A stretch of 32,000 nt of DNA from Candidatus Iainarchaeum sp. Lineage in GTDB: Archaea; Iainarchaeota; Iainarchaeia; Iainarchaeales; CSSED10-239. Location of the stretch: assembly GCA_037441475.1 (NCBI GenBank), contig JBBISB010000001.1, forward strand, positions 638,988-670,987, written 5' to 3'. The number at the start of each line of letters is the position of its first letter. Position 1 is the first letter of the stretch. The position numbers and the translations under genes were made by a program. Below are positions 26,292 through 32,000 of the stretch, in pieces. Under the pieces are notes generated by a model, which saw only the letters and a list, made by a program, of their open reading frames with translations, had not been told where the DNA came from and made no database searches.

Positions 26292-27314
26292 ATGAATATA
26301 GAAGAAAGATTTAACCTAATAAAAAGAAACACTCAAGAAATAATAAGTGAAGAAGAACTTTTAAAGCTTTTAAAAGAAAAAGAAAAACCTGTTGTTTACT
26401 TAGGAACCTCAGTTACTGGAAGACCACATATAGGGTACTTTACATGGGCTCAGAAGTTAAATGATTTTTTAAACGCAGGTTTTAAAGTAAAGGTTCTCTT
26501 AGCTGACCTGCATGGTGCTTTAGACAACACTCCTTGGGCTTTACTTGATAAAAGATATGAATACTACTCAATAGTTATTAAAGGAATGATTGAGTCCCTT
26601 GGTGGAGATTTAAATAACATTGAAATTGTAAAAGGTTCTGATTTTCAATTATCTAAAGAATATGTTTTAGACCTATACAAAATGTCTTCAGAAGTAACTG
26701 TTAGAAATGCAGAAAAGGCATCCAGTGATGTTGTAAAGCAAGGAGAAAACCCTAAGATATCTGGTCTTTTATATCCATTAATGCAGGCACTTGATGAAGT
26801 TCATTTAGAGGTTGATGTTCAATTAGGGGGAGTTGATCAAAGAAAAATATTTGTTCTTGCAAGAGAGTTTTTGCCAAAGCTTGGAGAGAAACCTAGAGTT
26901 GAAGTTATGATTCCTTTTATAAGAGGCTTAACCCCTGATGGGAAAATGTCTTCTTCAAACCAAGCTTCTAAAATAGATTTAATAGATGATTATGAAACTA
27001 TTAAAAACAAGCTTAAGAAAGCATACTGTGAAGAAGGAAATATTGAAAATGGTGTTTTAGACTTTGCAAAGTTATTAATAATGACACAAAAGCAAGATAA
27101 AAATCAAGAGTTTGTAATTGATAGGCCAGAAAAGTTTGGTGGACCTTTAAGGTTTAAGACACAAGAGGATTTACAAGAGGCCTTTGCATCAAAAGCCTTA
27201 CATCCAATGGACCTTAAGTCAGGAGTTGCTGAAGAAGTTAATAAACTTTTAGAGCCTATTAGAAGAAAGTTTGAAGGAAAAGAACAATTAATAAAAGAGG
27301 CGTACCCTGAATAA
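26292..27314 (+). CDS. tyrS: Tyrosyl-tRNA synthetase (archaeal type)
   Basis: 'YLGTSVTGRPHIGYFTWAQKLNDFLNAGFKVKVLLADLHGALDN', 'QLGGVDQRKIF', 'KMSSSNQASKIDLID'. The ORF track starts at 26247; ATG at 26292 is the more likely start. Confidence 0.92.
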   Translation: MNIEERFNLIKRNTQEIISEEELLKLLKEKEKPVVYLGTSVTGRPHIGYFTWAQKLNDFLNAGFKVKVLLADLHGALDNTPWALLDKRYEYYSIVIKGMIESLGGDLNNIEIVKGSDFQLSKEYVLDLYKMSSEVTVRNAEKASSDVVKQGENPKISGLLYPLMQALDEVHLEVDVQLGGVDQRKIFVLAREFLPKLGEKPRVEVMIPFIRGLTPDGKMSSSNQASKIDLIDDYETIKNKLKKAYCEEGNIENGVLDFAKLLIMTQKQDKNQEFVIDRPEKFGGPLRFKTQEDLQEAFASKALHPMDLKSGVAEEVNKLLEPIRRKFEGKEQLIKEAYPE

Positions 27315-27347
27315 AGATTATGTTTAAAAACTTAACTGTACTTAATA

Positions 27348-27365
27348 TGTGTACAAGTGTACACA
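27348..27365. promoter_or_regulatory. Perfect palindromic operator candidate TGTGTAC-AAGT-GTACACA
   Basis: 7-bp inverted repeat with 4-nt spacer, 13 bp upstream of ATG 27378 and about 25 bp downstream of an A/T-rich TATA-like 'tgtttaaaaact'. Confidence 0.65.
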
Positions 27366-27377
27366 AATAGTGGTCGT

Positions 27378-27956
27378 ATGTTAGACAGATTATTTTCATC
27401 AAAAACAAGAATAAACATTTTATCTTTATTAATGTTTAATCAAGATTCTTCCTTTCATCTTAGAGAGATTGCAAAATTAACTAAAAGCTTTCCTTCTCAA
27501 ACTTCTAAGGAATTATCTAATCTTGAATTATTAAATTTAATTATTAAAACAAAAAAAAGTAATCTTTCTATATATAAAATAAATAAAGATAATCTATTTT
27601 TAGCAGACTTAAAAAATATTTTTCTAAAAACTGAGTTTATAGGTTCAAAAATTAAAGAAAAATTAATTAATCAAGTAGACTTTTGTCTAATTTTTGGATC
27701 TTTTGCAAAAGGTATAGAAAATTCAAAAAGTGATCTTGATATATTAATAATATCTGATGTTTTAAAAGAAAATAATTTATTAAAGATTATTCAAGAGTTA
27801 GAAAATGATTTAAAAAGAGATATAAATTATATTTTATGGAGTAATAAAGACTTTATAAAAAAATCAAAAGATAACCATTTATTAAAAACAATTAATAAGG
27901 ATAAGATTATAATGTTAATTGGAGATGAGAATAATTTCAGAAGAAAAATCAATTGA
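27378..27956 (+). CDS. wHTH-MNT nucleotidyltransferase (MNT component of an MNT/HEPN pair)
   Basis: N-terminal winged helix 'KTRINILSLLMFNQDSSFHLREIAKLTKSFPSQTSKELSNLELLNLI', then 'LIFGSFAKGIENSKSDLDILII' (GSx..DxD). ORF track start 27357 is GTG; ATG at 27378 preferred. Confidence 0.8.
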   Translation: MLDRLFSSKTRINILSLLMFNQDSSFHLREIAKLTKSFPSQTSKELSNLELLNLIIKTKKSNLSIYKINKDNLFLADLKNIFLKTEFIGSKIKEKLINQVDFCLIFGSFAKGIENSKSDLDILIISDVLKENNLLKIIQELENDLKRDINYILWSNKDFIKKSKDNHLLKTINKDKIIMLIGDENNFRRKIN

Positions 27957-28358
27957 TTGGGAAAGAATAGAAACAACTCAAGAGTTTGTTGAAAATTCAT
28001 TAAAGCATGCTTTTAGGGATTTAGAAACTGCAAGAAAAATGTATACTACTCAAGATTATGATTGGGCGTTGTCTATATCTTATAATGCAATGCTTCAGGC
28101 TGCAAAATCTTTAATGTTTTTTAAAGGATATCGCCCAACAGGTTATTCTAAACATTTATCAATAATTAATTTTGTTAAAGAAAATTTTAATTCAAATATT
28201 CCTGAAGAAATATTTTTTTTAATTAATAAAACTAGAAAAAAAGACATCAGGTAGTTTATGAAGAAATAAACTTAGTAAGTAGAGAGGAAGCTGCTTTTAT
28301 TATAGAAAAAGCAGAATACTTTTTAAATATTGTAGATGAGATAATATATAAGAAATAA
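27925..28358 (+). CDS. HEPN-domain protein whose active-site segment lies in the -1 frame after an A7 tract (28236-28242)
   Basis: Zero frame '...AFRDLETARKMYTTQDYDWALSISYNAMLQAAKSLMFFKGYRPTGYSKHLSIINFV...NKTRKKDIR*' ends at 28254. The -1 frame gives 'NKTRKKRHQVVYEEINLVSREEAAFIIEKAEYFLNIVDEIIYKK*' to 28358. Confidence 0.72.
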
Positions 28359-28398
28359 CTTACTTTTAAAAATATAATTTAAAAAAGTACGATTTAAT

Positions 28399-30093
28399 AT
28401 GCAAGAAACTTTTAAAAATATAATTTTAGAAAATGCTGTAAAGTATAAGGGAAAAGCAGAAATTAAGTTTATTTTAGGAACATTTTTAAAAGACTTTCCT
28501 GAATATAGACAAAAAACAAAAGAATTAACAGAAGAGCTTTTACCATTAATAGAAGAGATTAATAACTTGTCTTTAGAAAAACAACAAGATCTTTTAAAAG
28601 AAATTAATCCTTCTTTCTTTGAAAAAAAAGAAAAAGAAGAGAGAAACATCTTTGCCTTCCTTAATATCAAAGAAGGAGAAAAAGTAATTTCTTGTTTTCC
28701 TCCTGGTCCTGAAAAATATCCACATATAGGTCACTCTAAAGCAGTTTTACTTAATTATCTTTTAACAAAACAATATAATGGAGAATTTTATTTAAGGTTT
28801 GAAGATACAAACCCTAAGCTTGTTAAGCCTGAGTTTTATACAATTATGCAAGAGGATTTTAAATGGCTTGGTGTTGAATGGTCAAGAGTTGAGTATGCTT
28901 CTGATTATATAGATCTGATGAAGGAGATGGCAGAAAAGTTAATTTTAAAATCACAAGCATATGTTTGTTTCTGTTCTCCTGAAGATATGAGTAAGAATAG
29001 AGAAACATCAACTGCATGTGAGTGTAGGAAAGTATCTCCTCAAGAAAACTTAATCAAATGGAAGGAAATGGAAGGTTATCCTGAAGGAAAAGCTTCTTTA
29101 CGTTTAAAAATAGATTTAAAACATAAAAATTCAAGAATGAGAGATCCTTCAATCTTTAGAGTAATAGATTGTGAGCATCCAAGAATAGGTTACAAGCATA
29201 GAAATTATCCTACTTATGATTTTCAAAATGCTGTTTTAGATGGTTATTTTAAAACAACTCATAGACTAAGAACTGTTGAGTTTGAGATGGCTTCAGAGCT
29301 TCATCATTATATTAGAAAAATTTTAGGTCTTTATGATACATATACTTATGAGTTTGCAAGAATGAATCTTGAGGGAATGTTATCTTCTGGAAGAGCTATT
29401 AGAGAAAAGATTGAATTCGGAGAGCTTATAGGTTGGGATGATCCTTCTCTTCCTACTCTGCGTGCACTTAAAAGAAGAGGTTTTACAGCAGAGGCTATCA
29501 AGCAAATGGTTATTGAGTCTGGAATTACAAAGTCTTCTGGTTCTCTGCTTACATGGGATACAATTATTAAGTATAATAAAAGAGTTTTAAATGATTCTTC
29601 AAAAAGATTTTTCTGTATAAAGGAACCTATTGAAATAACAATTGAAAATGATCCTTGTAAGAAATATTATCTTCCTCTTCATCCTGCTCTAAATCTTGGA
29701 CAAAGAAACTTTTCTTCAAATGGTGTTTATTTAATAGAGAAAGAAGATTTTGATTATTTTAAGGAAGGAAATCTTGTAAGGCTTATGGATAATGTTAATT
29801 TTAGGGTAAATGATGGAAAGTTTGTTTTTGATTCTGAGGATTATTTATATTTTAAAAATGAACTTGCAGAAAATAAAAAAATAATACATTTCCTTCCAAA
29901 AGACCCTTCTCAATTAATAGATATTACAATCTTTACTCCTGAACATCAAACAATACAAGCAAAGGCTGAAAAAACTATTGAACAGTTGTCTGTTGGAGAT
30001 ATTGTTCAGTTTGAGAGATTTTGTTTTGCAAGACTTGATTCTTTAGAGGAAAAGGAAGGAAAGAAGGTTTATAACTTTTGGTTTACACACTAG
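28399..30093 (+). CDS. gltX: Glutamyl-tRNA synthetase (archaeal GlxRS type), possibly divergent
   Basis: 564 aa; 'CFPPGPEKYPHIGHSKAVLLNYLLTKQYNGEFYLRFEDTNP', 'GWDDPSLPTLRALKRRGFTAEAI'; the KMSKS-equivalent position appears as 'LSSGRAIREKI'. Confidence 0.88.
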   Translation: MQETFKNIILENAVKYKGKAEIKFILGTFLKDFPEYRQKTKELTEELLPLIEEINNLSLEKQQDLLKEINPSFFEKKEKEERNIFAFLNIKEGEKVISCFPPGPEKYPHIGHSKAVLLNYLLTKQYNGEFYLRFEDTNPKLVKPEFYTIMQEDFKWLGVEWSRVEYASDYIDLMKEMAEKLILKSQAYVCFCSPEDMSKNRETSTACECRKVSPQENLIKWKEMEGYPEGKASLRLKIDLKHKNSRMRDPSIFRVIDCEHPRIGYKHRNYPTYDFQNAVLDGYFKTTHRLRTVEFEMASELHHYIRKILGLYDTYTYEFARMNLEGMLSSGRAIREKIEFGELIGWDDPSLPTLRALKRRGFTAEAIKQMVIESGITKSSGSLLTWDTIIKYNKRVLNDSSKRFFCIKEPIEITIENDPCKKYYLPLHPALNLGQRNFSSNGVYLIEKEDFDYFKEGNLVRLMDNVNFRVNDGKFVFDSEDYLYFKNELAENKKIIHFLPKDPSQLIDITIFTPEHQTIQAKAEKTIEQLSVGDIVQFERFCFARLDSLEEKEGKKVYNFWFTH

Positions 30094-30096
30094 AGT

Positions 30097-30300
30097 CCCT
30101 TTAGAAAAGCGGCTTCACCCGGAAAGGAGTCACTTTAGAAAAGCGGCTTCACCCGGAAAGGAGTCTCTTTAGAAAAGCGGCTTCACCCGGAAAGGAGTCA
30201 CTTTAGAAAAGTGGCTTCACCCGGAAAAGAGCCCCTTTGGAAAAGTGGCTTCACCCGTAAAGGAGTTCCTTTAGAAGAACTGTTTTCGGTCAGTTCACAC
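30097..30300 (+). repeat. 34-bp tandem repeat array: five copies of CCCTTTAGAAAAGCGGCTTCACCCGGAAAGGAGT-like unit plus one diverged unit
   Basis: Units at 30097, 30131, 30165, 30199, 30233; position 30267 starts a diverged unit containing hairpin GAACTG-ttttcggt-CAGTTC. More GC-rich than its surroundings. Confidence 0.9.
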
Positions 30301-30391
30301 CCAATGGTTTTTCATTTCCTCTGGAAAGAAAAACTAATGTTAATTTGTTTAAGAAAAAACTATATTTGTTGGACATTAAAATGGTAAGTGC

Positions 30392-30958
30392 ATGATTTCA
30401 GAAATTTATAAAGATATTTTTAAAATTACTGGAGAATCAAATCTTTATTTTCTAAAAAAAGAAAATATTGTTATTGATACAGGTTACCCTACAGACGAGC
30501 TTATGATAAAACAAGACTTATCAAAAGTTATTCCTTTAGAAGAAGTTAAAATAGTTATTTTTACACACATGCATTATGATCATGTAGGAAACTTTCATCT
30601 TTTTAAAAATGCTTCTTTCTATGCTTCCAAAGCTTCTGTTGCTTCTTTAAAGGAAGATAAATATAAGGCAATCTTACTTAAACCCTTAGCTGATAACTTT
30701 AATATAGAGGTTAAAGAAATTTCTTCTCTTCCTCTCCCAGATTATCTAGAGGTAATAGATACTCCTGGCCACTCTAAAGGCTCAATCTGTATATTTGATA
30801 AAAAAAGAAAAATTCTTTTTTCAGGAGATACTCTTTTCTTTAGAGATAACATAGGGAGAATGGATCTTCCTTTTTCTTCTCCAAAGGAGATGTCTTCTTC
30901 CTTAAAGAAGCTTTCTTCTTTAAAGTATGATATTCTTTGTCCAGGGCATGATTATTAG
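30392..30958 (+). CDS. Metallo-beta-lactamase-fold hydrolase (glyoxalase II-like)
   Basis: 188 aa; 'FTHMHYDHVGN', 'VIDTPGHSKGSICIFDKKRKILFSGDTLF', 'PGHDY'. Confidence 0.85.
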   Translation: MISEIYKDIFKITGESNLYFLKKENIVIDTGYPTDELMIKQDLSKVIPLEEVKIVIFTHMHYDHVGNFHLFKNASFYASKASVASLKEDKYKAILLKPLADNFNIEVKEISSLPLPDYLEVIDTPGHSKGSICIFDKKRKILFSGDTLFFRDNIGRMDLPFSSPKEMSSSLKKLSSLKYDILCPGHDY

Positions 30959-31037
30959 TTTTTTCTTTCTCGGCCAATAACCCTCTCTCTCTTTGAAAAG
31001 AGTTATAAACCTTATTTAACTAAATATTATATTATTT

Positions 31038-31856
31038 ATGATAAACCTTATATCTGATAGAAATCTTTTAGATAAATTTGTAATAGAGTTTACTTACATT
31101 TTAGAAAAATATACAAAATATGTAATCGTCTCTGGTTTTATTGCAATATCAAACGGAAGGGTAAGAGGTACTGAAGATATAGATATTATAATTGATCAAA
31201 TACCTTTCTCTTTATTTTCTAAGCTTTTAAAAGAAATATATGCTTTTAATTTTGACTGTATACACTCTGATGAAGCTATAGAGATATATAATCAATATTT
31301 AATAAAAAAAGATTCTATAAGGTTTGTTTACAAGGGAACAATAGTTCCTAATATCGAACTTAAGTTTGTAAAAACAGAAGTTGATAAATACACTTTATTA
31401 AAAAGAACTAAACTTCCTTTAACTGGCTTAGAGGTTTATTTTGCAAGTATAGAATCAACCATTGCTTACAAAGAACATTTTCTTTCAAGTGATAAGGATT
31501 ATGAAGACTCTTATCATTTAAGAAGATTATATAAAGACTCTTTAAATTTAAATAAAATTGAAAAAATTAAACTTATGATAGATAAACATCTTTACAATAA
31601 ACTTAAAGATATTTCTTCTATTGTTTATTCAACAAAGAGAGATAAGACACATTTAGAGTTTATTGAAAAATGGGTTTTGTTTATGCAAGAAAATTCTTTT
31701 AAGGTTTGGAAAGAAGAACATTCTAATTTTTTAGATTCTCAAATAATTAATTCTATTAATTTCTATCAAAGGCTTTTAAAAGAAAAGGATGGTGCAAGAA
31801 AAGTAAGAGAGGTTACTGGTTGGAATAAGAAAGGTTTTTACTGGTTTGAAAAATAG
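31038..31856 (+). CDS. Nucleotidyltransferase-fold (AbiEii/MNT-like) protein, tentative
   Basis: 272 aa; 'YVIVSGFIAISNGRVRGTEDIDIII' resembles the G..x..R.TxDxD start of NTase-fold proteins. Confidence 0.5.
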   Translation: MINLISDRNLLDKFVIEFTYILEKYTKYVIVSGFIAISNGRVRGTEDIDIIIDQIPFSLFSKLLKEIYAFNFDCIHSDEAIEIYNQYLIKKDSIRFVYKGTIVPNIELKFVKTEVDKYTLLKRTKLPLTGLEVYFASIESTIAYKEHFLSSDKDYEDSYHLRRLYKDSLNLNKIEKIKLMIDKHLYNKLKDISSIVYSTKRDKTHLEFIEKWVLFMQENSFKVWKEEHSNFLDSQIINSINFYQRLLKEKDGARKVREVTGWNKKGFYWFEK

Positions 31857-31931
31857 TTTTTTTAAAAGAGTAATTTTTTCAAAATTTTATAAAAAATCAT
31901 TATATTTATATATCTTTTGTGCTTCTTTTTT

Positions 31932-32000
31932 ATTTCCTTTATAGCTATTTCCTTTATAGCTATTTCCTTTATAGCTATTTCCTTTATAGCTATTTCCTTT
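31932..32000 (+). repeat. 15-bp tandem repeat (ATTTCCTTTATAGCT), 4 full copies plus a partial copy truncated by the window end
   Basis: Read directly; copies at 31932, 31947, 31962, 31977, partial at 31992. Confidence 0.95.

Noticed and set aside
28323-28670. 115-aa minus ORF opposite the start of gltX
   Set aside because: Shadow ORF over the GluRS N-terminal coding sequence.
30097-30300. 34-bp repeat array considered as CRISPR
   Set aside because: Units are directly contiguous with no unique spacers, and no cas genes are visible.
30392-30958. Possibility that the MBL hydrolase is truncated or frameshifted after PGHDY
   Set aside because: The C-terminus is short, but no continuing protein-like sequence was found in the other frames before 31038.

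Overview
AT-rich, densely packed archaeal window. Gene content (eL15, TFB, Trm5, TtuA/Ncs6-like enzyme, archaeal TyrRS and GluRS, class III signal-peptide proteins, tRNAs without encoded CCA) suggests a DPANN-like lineage; that placement is inference. Core genes are a GH3-like adenylating enzyme, tRNA-Val(GAC), a TtuA-like tRNA thiolase with an adjacent ThiS/MoaD-like protein lacking the terminal GG, rpl15e, a HerA-like protein with a degenerate P-loop, tfb, a phosphoribosyltransferase interrupted by an early TAA, trxB, scpA and scpB. The scpA and scpB genes are separated by a surface-protein locus: two large class III signal-peptide proteins with InlB-type B repeats, a PKD-like region and BspA/DUF285 repeats, then a small pilin-like protein. 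A membrane-anchored Lon/S16-type protease lies just beyond scpB. Further right are trm5, tRNA-Asn(GTT), GtrA, a GT2 and a multi-TM glycosyltransferase, tyrS, an HTH-MNT/HEPN pair with a palindrome in its promoter region, gltX, a 34-bp tandem repeat array, an MBL-fold hydrolase, a nucleotidyltransferase-like protein and a 15-bp tandem repeat at the window edge. The strongest second-look items are: (i) the pilin/BspA/Lon locus with about 99% identical DNA patches shared by two otherwise diverged adhesin-like genes; (ii) a HEPN gene whose active-site segment is reachable only by a -1 shift at an in-phase A AAA AAA heptamer; (iii) a second gene with a -1 shift in an A7 tract; (iv) the nonsense-interrupted PRTase; (v) the 34-bp array directly after gltX.
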